From assembly GCA_016618085.1 (NCBI GenBank), contig JABLTG010000148.1, forward strand, positions 1-49,142: DNA of 49,142 nucleotides, in the 5' to 3' direction. Position 1 is the stretch's first letter. Every line of letters starts with the position of its first letter. This document shows positions 1-11,157 of this stretch, one piece after another. The stretch is from Neovahlkampfia damariscottae. Its lineage: Eukaryota. A program made the position numbers and the translations under genes. A model generated the notes under the pieces. It was not told where the DNA came from and did no database searches. It saw only the letters and a list, made by a program, of their open reading frames with translations.

Positions 1-81
1 CTAAATATGAGTCTGGGTCTATATGATTCAGGCGTTGAGACCCAACTCCTTTCTACTCAATCTGAGTAGATTGCAAGACTG

Positions 82-333
82 ATGAAAATGATCATTTTGG
101 TCACTTTTGCCAGTTTACAAGTGGGTGTGAGATATGAAAGTGAAAATATTAAAAGATTATTTGGAGCCACTCTCATTAGAATCAATCCAAGAGATTTCGG
201 TATGTGTTAAGTTTGTTATTAATATTTTTTCTTAGAAATACCAAAGACCAAGAAAGGTGTAGGCATTTCTATTTCTCTTGGCGGTTTGGAAGCTTTAACA
301 AAAATAGAAAAAGCTATTAAAGAGTTAAAATAA
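82..333 (+). CDS. C-terminal fragment of a Sir2-family (sirtuin-like) protein; 5' part missing or outside the window
   Basis: After removing intron 200-235 it reads VRYESE...GATLIRINPRDFEIP..GISISLGGLEALTKIE*, matching the LIRINP-type C-terminus of bacterial-like Sir2 proteins. The upstream junction is unclear. Confidence 0.55.
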
Positions 334-450
334 AAATTTAATGTTAACAAGATTTAATTAGAACCTCAAAGCTTCCAAAACACTAAAATATCGGAGACTT
401 GAACCTATAACAATTGAACAGGGGTCTTCAACCAATCATAATCTCTGAAC

Positions 451-798
451 ATGAAAACAGTTGTTTTTCTCCTTACACTCGTAGCTTTCACTTTCGCTGC
501 TTCGAACTGGGAAGTTCTCTTTCCAAATGAAAACTGGAACAAATTTGAACAAAAAGAAGTTCAATTATTTTCTGGTGTTTTGAAACAAAAGAGTTCTGAT
601 GGAATTTCAATGATGCAAAGAGACATTCATTATATTTTAGAAACAAAAGAAGGTACTGTTGACGTTTATGCACCAAGAAGTTCATTGAACCAAGATTATG
701 TAAATAAGAACGTTGACATCAAAGGAAAATTTGTGGCTATGGAATTAGAAGGAAGTTTGATTAAAGAAATTCTTCCATCAGAAATTAGACTTGCTTAA
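451..798 (+). CDS. Secreted hypothetical protein, 115 aa
   Basis: Intronless ORF with signal peptide MKTVVFLLTLVAFTFA; CCAAT at 432-436; stop followed by TAAA. Confidence 0.8.
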   Translation: MKTVVFLLTLVAFTFAASNWEVLFPNENWNKFEQKEVQLFSGVLKQKSSDGISMMQRDIHYILETKEGTVDVYAPRSSLNQDYVNKNVDIKGKFVAMELEGSLIKEILPSEIRLA

Positions 799-1031
799 TA
801 AATTGTGTTCAAGTTTTGACTTTTTCTTTTGTTTTTTTTTTTTTTTTTGTTTTGTTATATTTTTTTTTTAAACAATACAACGGTTACAGCCATGGAAAAA
901 AACAGATTTTTGTCAACAATTAAAATAAAGATATACAAAAAAAATAAATCTAAAAAAAATTTTATTTTGAACAATCAAATTGAGCGTCTTATTGGTTCAA
1001 TTCGGCCAATAAAGAAAATCTAATTTGAATC

Positions 1032-2904
1032 ATGCAGTATTTACAAACAACACCTGAAAACGAATCTAAACTTCAAATTAATGGTGAAAGATTCAGTGGA
1101 GATGAAGTCCGTGAACAAAATGTTTCAGCAGCAGTTACAATTGCTAACATTGTAAAAACATCTTTAGGACCACAAGGACTTGATAAAATGTTAGTAGACG
1201 ACATTGGTGAAGTAACTGTTACAAATGACGGTGCTACAATTTTAAAAGACCTTGAAATTGAACATCCATCTGCGAAAGTAAATTTTATTTTTTTTTAAAA
1301 CAAAATTCTTAGGTTTTAGTCAGAAGTTCAAATGCACAAGATGAAGCTGTAGGTGATGGTACAACATCAGTCGTTATATTAGCAGCTGAACTTTTAAAAG
1401 TTTTTAAAAAAAAAATATAACTTTTTTTTATAGAGAGCAAATCAACTTGTTAAGAATAATACACATCCAACTAGAGTTATTGCTGGATATAAATTAGCAG
1501 CAAAAAAAGCAATTGAATTTATTAAATCAGATTTAAAATATGACGTCGACAAACTTCCAAAAGAAACACTTGCAAACATTGCAAAAACATCAATGTCATC
1601 AAAAATTATTGGAATGTAAAATTTTGTAAAAAATTAAAAAAAAACTTCATAGGAATGATGAATTCTTCTCAAAATTAGTAGTTGAAGCAGTTTTATCTGT
1701 TAAGCATACAGAAGATGGAGTTTCTAAATATCCAATAAAAGGAATTACAATTTTGAAAAAACAAGGAAAAAGTGTTAAAGAAAGTGGTGTTTATCCAGGA
1801 TTTGCACTTAATTCAACAAGATGTTCACAAAGTATTTTTTTTTTTTTTTTTGTTTAACTTTTAAAGTGATGCCAAAAAAGATCAAAGGTGCAAAAATTGC
1901 TTTACTTGATGTTAATCTTCAAAAAGAAAAATTAAAAATGGGTGTATCAGTTACAATTACAGATCCAACAAAAATTGAAGGAGTACAACAAAAAGAAATT
2001 TCAATGGTCACTTCTAGAATTAAATTAATGCTTGATGCTGGTGCTAATGTTATTTTAACATCTGGTGGAATTGATGATTTATGTGTTAAATATATTTCAG
2101 ATGCAGGTGCTATTGGTATTCGTCGTTGTTCATTAGCTGATTTAAGAAAAATTGGAAAATTAACAGGAGGAACTGTTATTTCATCATTTATGAATCTTGA
2201 AGGTGAAGAATCATTTGAGTCATCATTTCTTGGAATTGCTGAAGAAGTCTCAGAAGAAAAAATTTCAGATGAAGACTTAGTTTATATTAAAGTAAAAAAA
2301 AAAAAAAAAGTGTTTACTATTAAATAGGGATGTAAATCAAAACAAGCTGCTTCTTTAATTTTACGTGGACCAACTGATTATATGTTAGATGAAATGTCAA
2401 GATCTATTCATGATGCACTTTGTGTTGTACAAAGAGTTTTAGAAAGTGGACATGTTGTTGCTGGTTTGATTTTTTTTTTTTTCTAAACTTTTAATAGGTG
2501 GTGGTGCTGTAGAATCTGCTTTGTCTATTTATCTTGAAAATTTTGCTCACACACTTGAAACAAGAGAACAATTAGCAGTTGCTGAATTTGCTGAAGCTGT
2601 TCTTGTTATACCAAAGACATTAGCTACTAATGCTGCTTTAGATTCAACTGAATTTGTTGCTAGACTTCGTGCGTATCATAATGCTTCACAAAAAGATGAA
2701 AAAGACAAAAAATATCAAACTTATGGATTAGATTTATTAAATGGAAAAATTATTGATAACATAGAAGCAGGAGTTATTGAACCAGCTTTGGCTAAAGTAA
2801 AATATGTTCAATTTGCAACAGAAGCAGCAATTACAATTCTTAGAATTGATGATTTAATTAAAATTCATCCAAAACCAGAACAAAAACATCCACATGATCA
2901 TTAA
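1032..2904 (+). CDS. TCP1: Chaperonin CCT/TRiC subunit alpha, 6 introns
   Basis: VKTSLGPQGLDKMLVDDIGEVTVTNDGATIL, GDGTTSVV, VVAGGGAVE and ATEAAITILRIDD motifs. Short GT-AG introns (e.g. 1278-1312) restore the frame. Confidence 0.96.
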
Positions 2905-2994
2905 GCATTTTTTAAAAAAAAAAAATAAATTAATTTTATTTTCTTCCAATCAAATTTACCTTTGTTCTTTCACAAAAATACTAAACGTCAAAAA

Positions 2995-4445
2995 ATGATG
3001 GATTCACTTTCAAAAGGTATTTATATCTCAGAAGAAGGAAGGAAGAATGTTTTAACATATAAGTATACACCATGTGATGATTCTTTATTGAGGTTTGTGA
3101 AAAATGAATTTTAAAAAAGAAAAGTCCTTATTTAGAACCTTTTTGGAATTGGTTTCTTGAAACTTTAGTTCCAACATGGATGGCGTAAATAAAAAAAAAA
3201 CTTACAAAAAAAAAAAAAGACCAAACGTTGTGACTTTAATAGGGTTTTTGGCGATTATTCTTCATTATTTTTTATGTGTTTTTTACATGCCAATGCTTGA
3301 AGGACCTGCACCTCGTATGTTTTTTTTTACCAATTTAACCAAATAGGTTGGATTTTTTTTGTCAATGGACTTGGAATCTTTTGGTATCAAACTTTAGATG
3401 CTGTTGATGGAAAACAAGCAAGAAGAACAAAAAATGGATCTCCTTTGGGTGAATTATTTGATCATGGATGTGATAGTTTAACCTCAATGTTTCAAACAAT
3501 TGGTGTAGCTTGTTGTTTACAACTTGGTGGTTCAATTTGGACATTTTTGCTTTTTACATCAATTCAAACTATCTTTTATTTTTCAATTTGGGAACAATAC
3601 TATACAGGTGTTTTAAGATTTAGCAAAGTTGGACCTACAGAAGGTATCTTACTTGTTGTAGGAATTCATTTCAGTTGCGGAATTTTTGGAGTGGAACTTT
3701 ACAAAATCAATATGAGAGATTTCTTGACATTTTTACCATTTGATTTTACTATTGGACATATTGTTGCTTTATCTTTTTTTGCTCCATTAATTCCATCAAT
3801 GATTCAAGGGTTCGACTCTCATCTTTTTATATTTTTTTTTTTAGAATTTATGAAGTAGCAAAAGCAAAATTAACAAATGAACAAAAACTTCTTAAAGGAT
3901 CAGCAATCAGAGCAGCATTTCCATATATCTTTGTTTATACTTGTTGGTTTATTTGGATTTTTTGTGGACCAAGAGATATTGTAAATTTATATCCTCTTTT
4001 AATTTATACAATTTTTGGACTTGTCACAGGATACATTGTCGTAAGCAAATCTATTACTCTTTAAAAATAATTACAAGACAAGATTAGTTATTTCAAGAGT
4101 TTGTGGAGAAACATGTCAATCATGGTATATAATGACATTACCGTTACCATTACTTGCATTTAATACTTTGAACAAAAGATTTTTATTCATACCGTATGCT
4201 GAATTGAAAAAATTAAATTTAATTTTTTTTTAGATTTTTAGAAGTACCTGATTTTATTTCGATAGTTTTATATTTAATTTTTGTTATAATTTGTTATTCA
4301 CATATGATTTTATTTTGTATCCATATTTTAAGTACTGCTTTAGGTATTAGAGCATTTGTTTTGAAACCGGTAAAATAAATATTTTAGATTTTATTTTAAT
4401 TTTTTTGCAAAGAAAACAGACACAACAACTTCAGAAAAAAAATGA
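2995..4445 (+). CDS. Choline/ethanolamine phosphotransferase (CDP-alcohol phosphotransferase), 6-7 introns; may end at 4378
   Basis: WMAPNVVTL and DAVDGKQARRTKNGSPLGELFDHGCD signature; multiple TM segments. Confidence 0.92.
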
Positions 4446-4503
4446 ATCAACATCACTTTTAAATAAAATTTAATTTTTAAAAAATTCCATTTTGGATTTT
4501 AAA

Positions 4504-5748
4504 TTAAATTTGGACATGATTAAAATCAATAGCTTGGTCATATTCACTATTTGATTTCTTCAATTTTGTTTTTAATTTTTCAATTATAAAAGCTAAAATA
4601 ACACCAAAAGAGACAATCGAACTTTGAAAAATAAGAAAACAAAAAAAAATTAAACCTGATAAAAAGACAAGCAATAATAACTCCTAATAACCTATTTTTA
4701 AAGAATTAAAATCAAAATTAAAAATATACCAATAAGGTTGACTTTGATTTTCTGGAATATCATCTCTTGCTTGAACACCTGTTGAAGGAAAATCTGTAAA
4801 ATAACCATCAACACCTAAATTAATAAAATATTGAACTTCTTGTTTTGCTGTCATTTTCCACTTTGAATCAATAACATCATCTCTCAAAGTATAAATATGA
4901 ACATCAAGATTTCTTTGATGTGCTAAACTTAAAAGATGTTCTTCTGGTAATGGTTTACCTGGTATACCAATATGTTTCTTTGCAGGTCCTATAGTTGATG
5001 CATATGTTTTAATTTCATCTAATCCAGAAGGTGTCACAAAATCTGAAACTGGTTTTCCTGTGTCATTGACAATAAAATTTAAATTTGCAGAAATTAACTG
5101 AACATTTTGAACATTTTTAATCTTTTCATAGAAATACTTTAAACTTGTTGATTCAAAAGATTGAAGATAAAATTTCTTTTCAGGATTCACTTGAAATGTT
5201 GAATCAATGAAATTGTATTTTACAAGCAAATCTATCATTTTATCTTCTAAAGGTAAACCCATTTTTCGATAATAAGTTGGATATTTTGTCTCTACATAAA
5301 TTCCAACTTTTGAAGAATTTGAAAATTTTAGTACTTCTTCAAAAGTTAATAAGTGAAATAAGTTGTTATAAATTTGTGATCTGAAAGAAAATCTTTGATG
5401 GACTTTTAATAATTTCAATTCAGAGGATGTAAAATCTTCTATAAACCATCCAGTTTCTTCTCCGTTATATGGTATTATTTTGGTTGTTTTTCTTGATGCA
5501 AATTCTGGATGGTCAGCGATATTTGTGATTTCAGATAATTCCATACTGTGCATTACAAATAATTCATGATCTTTTGAAGAACAAATATCCATTTCTATAA
5601 AATCTGCTTTCGCATGTATTGCTTCAAGGTATGAAGGGTATGTGTGTTCTGGATATTTTCCACTGTATCCTCTGTGTGCAATTACTAATGGTTTTTTGGA
5701 GAATACTACCAAAAAAAAATTAAACACCAGAAAAAGTGTCAACTTCAT
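4504..5748 (-). CDS. Glycerophosphodiester phosphodiesterase (GDPD/GlpQ-like), signal peptide and C-terminal TM anchor, 2 introns
   Basis: IAHRGYSGKYPEHT, FIEMD, YVETK, LQSF and GVDGYFTDFP motifs. ATG 5748 is supported by CCAAT at 5771. Confidence 0.93.
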
Positions 5749-5823
5749 CTTCTCAAACCTACAATTTGAACCAATCAATACCAAGAAAGAAAATTGAATC
5801 CAAAGAAGATAAATAAAAATATA

Positions 5824-5897
5824 TACCCGACGTGGGGGTCGAACCCACGACCTATGGATTAGAAGTCCATCGCTCTGGCCAACTGAGCTAGACGGGC
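5824..5897 (-). tRNA. tRNA-Arg (UCU)
   Basis: GCCCGTC-TA-GCTC..GAGC-ATGGA CTTCTAA TCCAT-AGGTC-GTGGG TTCGACC CCCAC-GTCGGGT-A cloverleaf with a T-run downstream. Confidence 0.96.
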
Positions 5898-5929
5898 TTC
5901 AGTTGATTATTATTGGTTCATAATTGAAG

Positions 5930-6024
5930 TGTTTAAAAGAAATCGGGTGAATTTCCTTCGATCTGATCACTGTGCCGTGTGATAAGCCTAAATTGCATAT
6001 TGAGAATTATTTCCGAAGTAAGTT
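5930..6024 (-). ncRNA. Candidate divergent U1 snRNA (3' end uncertain, 5905-5935)
   Basis: 5' AACUUACUU, complementary to AA|GUAAGUU. UCGG/CCGA closing helix. AGGCUUAUCAC-ACGGCACA-GUGAU stem-loop II resembles U1 AGGCUUAUCC-AUUGCAC. A U-rich Sm-like AUUUCUUUU follows the closing helix. Confidence 0.55.
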
Positions 6025-6095
6025 AATACATTTAACTTGTTTGTTGAAGATCATTAACTGAACAATGTGAAAAAACAGTTTAATTTGAAATGTGA

Positions 6096-7334
6096 TTATT
6101 CCATCCCAACAGACACTTTATTGATTGCATCAAGCATTGATTTTCCCAATGAACTTAAAGAGGAGTTATTTTTGATTCCAAGTTCTATTAATCTCTTTGC
6201 TTCAACAACTTCTTCAGGTGACGCATCTTCTTTTTGTAAAATACATTTTCCAAACAAAATATGGGCATCAATATTTCCTTTACTCACAGATTTTTTAAAA
6301 TATTCAAATGATTTTTCTTGTTCATTTTTTGCATCATAATAATTTCCTAAACCCAAATCTCCAAAACTGTTTCCTGTATCTGATAACATTTTATAATATT
6401 TAAAAGCTTCATCATCATTTTTCTCAACGCCACTTCCAGTGAAATATTGATTTCCAACTTGAAATTGAGCATCAGGATGCCTTTGATCTGCTGAAAGTTT
6501 CAAATATTCAAAAGCTTTTTCTTGATTTTCTTCAACACCAGCTCCAGTAATATAAGCATTTCCTGTGTTATATTGTGCATCAATATGTCCAAGATCTGCT
6601 GCTTTTTTGAGATATTCAAATCCCTTCTTCAAATCTTGTTCTGCAATGATTCCTTTTTGATAAATGGATCCAACTGCTGCCATACAATTTACTTGACCTT
6701 TTGAAGCAGCTGATTCAAAATAAGAAATTGCTTTTTTTGGATCTTTTGTTGAATAATATTCTCCTAATTTCATTTCTGCTTCTTTACTTCCTTTTGAAGC
6801 AGCCAAATTGTAATATTTCAACCCTTCTTCTTCATTTTGTTCTGTACCATTTCCTTTACAAAGCATTTCTCCAATGACTACTTGAGAAAAAGTATTTCCA
6901 TTATCAGCTGCAATTTTTATAAAACCATACGCTTTTTCAAAATTTTCTTCATTAAATAATTGAATTCCATAGTAAGCAGATGCATATGAATTTCCTTGTT
7001 CTATTGCTTTTTCAATATAAAAATTACTTTTTTCAATATTTGGTTGAATTTCTTTTGTTCCAGCGCGATAAATTGAAGCAACAACAAACTGTGATGGTTC
7101 ATCTCCATTGTCAGCTGACTTAATCAATCCATTGAATAAAGAAGTTTTGTCTTCTGATTTGTTCCAATTCTCGGAGAGTTCTTTGAGTTCCTTTTGAAAG
7201 TTTGCAGAATTTAAAGAAAAATTATTTTTTTTAAACAAGTGAAAATGGCTTTTGTGGTAGAATCCCTTCATTTGTGAATGAGTTTTTGAACAGTGTGTTA
7301 AACTAAAATATTTTTTTGCTTGAAACAACTTCAT
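6096..7334 (-). CDS. Sel1-like repeat (SLR/TPR) protein, possible mitochondrial presequence
   Basis: Repeated AQYNxG..Y..GxGV..N.EKAFEYLK.AA units; intronless. ATG chosen from the CCAAT near 7365 (alternative ATG 7271). Confidence 0.9.
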   Translation of the reverse strand: MKLFQAKKYFSLTHCSKTHSQMKGFYHKSHFHLFKKNNFSLNSANFQKELKELSENWNKSEDKTSLFNGLIKSADNGDEPSQFVVASIYRAGTKEIQPNIEKSNFYIEKAIEQGNSYASAYYGIQLFNEENFEKAYGFIKIAADNGNTFSQVVIGEMLCKGNGTEQNEEEGLKYYNLAASKGSKEAEMKLGEYYSTKDPKKAISYFESAASKGQVNCMAAVGSIYQKGIIAEQDLKKGFEYLKKAADLGHIDAQYNTGNAYITGAGVEENQEKAFEYLKLSADQRHPDAQFQVGNQYFTGSGVEKNDDEAFKYYKMLSDTGNSFGDLGLGNYYDAKNEQEKSFEYFKKSVSKGNIDAHILFGKCILQKEDASPEEVVEAKRLIELGIKNNSSLSSLGKSMLDAINKVSVGME

Positions 7335-7504
7335 GTATAATTCAAAAAGAGAAAGCGGTTTTTGATTGGAGAACAAGAATGAATCAGAAAAATAAATTTC
7401 CGTCATGCAATGTTTTGATTTGATCTGTTGGTTTTTCTTTCTTCTTCAGAAACTGGTTAAAAACAATTGTCCAATCAGTAACTTTTTTTGTTACATTTGC
7501 ATTA

Positions 7505-8167
7505 ATGGGCAAAAACAAAGGAAACGCACCTCCAATCAGAAGAAAACCAAAAAGAAAAGAAAAAGAGATGATTCAGATCTTGATGATATTCAACTAATAG
7601 CTGGTAATAATATGCAAGAAGCAACAACACAAAGAAAAAAGAAAGTTAAAACTATTATTAATGATGATGATGTTGTATCAACAATATTATTAAGACAAAA
7701 AGTACCACACAAAAAATCACTTTATTATTTGGAACAATTAATTTTAAAACAAAATGCATGATAGATTTGCTTTTGATGTGAAAGAAGTCCAACATGGACT
7801 GAATTTATGTTTCAAAGTTAATGAAAATTTATATTTCATTGATCCAAATACATTACAAGCTGGTGAAATTAATCCAATTCAATTTTTTTATAAAGAAAAA
7901 GCGTCTTTTAAATCATTATTGACAATGCCAAGAAGATATACTGTTTTAGATATAAAGTTAGAGAATAAGAAAAATGGAAATTATCAATTAGCCACTGTAC
8001 AAGTTTGTAAAGAAGATGAAATTGGAGAAGAAAACTCAATTGTGACAACTCAATATTTAGGAAATATTTTACAATCAGCGGATACAGTTATCGGTTATGA
8101 TTTAGCAAATTCAAATTTAAATGATGAAAATTTGGAAGCATATTCCCAACTTCAACTTCCTGATGTA
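7505..8167 (+). pseudogene. NMD3-like pseudogene (60S export adaptor), frameshifted, internally deleted and truncated
   Basis: LRQKVPHKKSLYYLEQLILKQNA, FIDPNTLQ and LGNILQSADTVIGYDLANSNLNDE..LPDV match NMD3. Frameshifts near 7560 and 7757; stops shortly after LPDV. Confidence 0.8.
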
Positions 8168-8634
8168 GACTTCAGTTGTCGGTAGAAGAAAATAATTCCA
8201 AAACTTGCTGATAAACTGGAATATATAAGTCCGTGAACCATCCATCTAAAACAAAGGAAAACCTTATTTTCATAAGTCAAGGTCTTTTTTTTAAAAAAAA
8301 AAATTTACCTTAATATTGGTTGTTGTCAGATTTGTATCTTTACAAATTTATTCAAACATTGTAATATGAATCAATTTATAAAATAAATCTGGATATTTTT
8401 TTAATCTTGAAAATTCATCTTTTGGAATAATAAGAGTAATTATTTCTAACTCTGCCTGTTCCTATTCCAAAATTTGTAAAACTTAATGTTTCTGAAGTTT
8501 TTGGCCAAAGTGGATTTTAAATTACGATATCGTCAAATGACTCACCAATCGATTGATCAATTTTTTTTTGTCAAACGAAAAAAGACCTGCTGGAAGCTTC
8601 TAAATTTCATTTTCAAAGTAAAAAAAAATATGAG

Positions 8635-8705
8635 TTCTCCTGCCAGGATTCGAACCTGGATCAATGGATTCAAAGTCCACTATACTACCCTTATACTACA
8701 GAAGA
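8635..8705 (-). tRNA. tRNA-Gln (UUG)
   Basis: TCTTCTG-TA-GTAT..GTAT-A-GTGGA CTTTGAA TCCAT-TGAT-CCAGG TTCGAAT CCTGG-CAGGAGA-A with an oligo-T terminator downstream. Confidence 0.93.
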
Positions 8706-8889
8706 TGTTTCTTATTCTGAACAAAATACTGAAGAAAGAAAAATTTTTAATCTAAAATTATGAAAAAAATGTGCAGATGTGGTGAGTGGTTTGATGATAT
8801 CGTAAATTAAAATCCATTTCATAATCAGCAGTACTTTTCAAAAAATCCAAAAAATAGGTGGAACAAAAGGTATTTATTTCCAACAGGAT

Positions 8890-9268
8890 TCAAGGCTGAA
8901 TTCTGAGATTGAAAATGAACAAACCAGTTGAATTATGAACACAATACGAAAATAAATTCGTATATCTTCCGATTCCCCAAGCTTCAAATTCACCCCTCTC
9001 ATTTATCACAACAACAGCAACGTTATTGTTTGGTGAAATTTTGACATTTCTTCAAGAGATTTCTTTACTACTTCTTTTGGGAATAAATTTAACATTTTCA
9101 TATACATTACAGCTTTGAAAGATGGTAAAAATCTCAACATTATCTTTAAGTGAAAAAATGAAATAAAATATTATTTACATCTCCATCTCCAGTTGCAGCT
9201 ACACCACCAAAACCATTGTTACAATATACATTTAATCCAACTAATGATGAATCATTTGATCCAACGTA
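8890..9268 (-). pseudogene. Glycosylasparaginase (aspartylglucosaminidase) 3' fragment, frameshifted
   Basis: DSSLVGLNVYCNNGFGGVAATGDGD|IMLRFLPSFKAVMYM across a retained GT-AG intron matches the AGA beta chain. Frameshift near 9032; no 5' half. Confidence 0.8.
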
Positions 9269-10197
9269 CCTTTTAAGTAAAAGTAGAATACTTGAATACT
9301 CTTTCTCTTTCATTTTTTATTTAAGTGACAAAACTTTATTTTAACAAAGTCACCCACAAAAAACTTACTTTTACTTTTTACACATTACACACCAACAACT
9401 TAAACTTACTTTACATTTACATTCAGTTGAAATTGTAAACAATACAATTTAAAATGTAACATAACACAAAACAACTAAAACAGATTTATACAAAATCTAA
9501 CTTAAACTATGTCAAACATGTTTCTTTTAAACATTTCAAAACTGGTTTATTATTAAACTTGATGCTGAAAAACCTGTATTTTTATGGAAACAATTTCAAT
9601 TTATACTTTAATGGCACAACACACCTTTAAACAAGATTTCAAAAAAACAACTTGTTGATTACAACTACTTAAATTCAGTATATAAAAAAGGACTTTTAAC
9701 ATCACTTTCATTAAAACAACTTACTGAAATTTATTATATTTCAAAAATACTTTCTACTTTTAATATACAAAGAAAAGACTTTACTACTTTATCAAAAAAT
9801 AGAATTAACAACTTAAAAATATCTTTTATTGAAGTTGATTTTCAAAATTTTACAATTGATAACAAAACATTAAAACATCAAAACCAAAACAAAAAGAAAC
9901 ATTAATTTTTATGATAATCTAACATTTGTAGAAGCAAGACTAGGTATTGGAAAAATATTAAGCAATAATTTAGATTTTTATTAAGAATATAAATCTAAAA
10001 AACTACAAATTAACAAATCTATCAACATATATAATGAAATTATAATTTTTTTTTATGCATCATTATTTTTTTTATATCAAGCACTACAACTCATTCAAAT
10101 TTATTTAAATAATGTTGAAGTAGTAGATTCAATTCATGAACCATTTTTAAGAATTATAAAAATAGTTAAAAATATTACAAAATTGTAAGATTTAATT

Positions 10198-11157
10198 ATG
10201 ATGAATCAAAATGAATATCTTAATGAATATATAACTAGAAAAATTTCTTATAAATCAAATAATCTAAAAAAGAACATAGATGATTTTTTATTAAATGCTC
10301 AAGAAAAAGTAAGAAAAATAAAAGAAATAGAAGTAAAAATTCCAACAAATCAACAATATAAATGTAAGATTTGCAACAACAAATTTGCACAATTACATTT
10401 TTTTAATTGTTTTTATTCAAAAAATAATAATGGTCCTGGTTCATTTATTAGCAGTTATGTTCTTCCAAAAAAATATAAAAAAATATTATCTAAAAACAAA
10501 AATCCTTTACTTTCAACCAATTCAAAATTAAGATGTAAGTATAAATTTTAATCTTTTTCAAGATGATAATTAAATCATTGATTTACAAGAAGTGAAATTA
10601 CTTGTAGTTGATCAACCAGAAAAGTTATTTGGAAAAGTAGATGAATCATTAAAAGATGAAATATAATTTTGGCATTACAACCACAACTTGCTCATGATGT
10701 AATCATTTCTCATCCAAATGATACAAATAAATCAATACTTTTGATACAACAAATAGTAGATACAGGTGGTACACTTACTGAAATTACAACTGCTTTGATT
10801 CAAAAATTAAATTTAAAAATTATTCATATAAATGAAAGAAAAATTAGCTTGACAGATGATATTCCATCAAATCTTCTTATTTGCAGAATCAATTTAAGTT
10901 TACCAAATCATTTAAATTTCCATCCATTATATTCCTATCTTGTAGTAGTTATATAATTTAATAAAAGAAAAATCCTACTTAATAATGAACTTGCCTTCAA
11001 TCAAAATATCAAATACAATTTTACTTTGAATAAATATCATAAAGATGTTAAACCTAAATTGAAAGATTTGGTACAATTACAAAGTGAAAAATCAAAATTA
11101 ATTCATGATTATGTTGTACAAGATTTAGAAATCATTGAAAAAATAGCATTTATTTAA
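10198..11157 (+). pseudogene. Decayed gene with a Cys/His cluster and a retropepsin-like (clan AA) aspartic protease domain
   Basis: CKICNNKFAQLHFFNC, then IVDTGGTLTEITTALIQKLNL..ISLTDD (DTG active-site pattern). Broken by stops and frameshifts. Confidence 0.55.

Noticed and set aside
79..150. CTGATGA suggesting a hammerhead ribozyme core or a box C/D snoRNA
   Set aside because: No GAAA directly after the following stem and no downstream CTGA D box.
829..1023. 64-aa ORF MFFFFFLF...
   Set aside because: TTG start, homopolymer-derived, and spans the TCP1 promoter.
8486..8755. 89-aa plus-strand ORF
   Set aside because: Antisense read-through of the tRNA-Gln gene.
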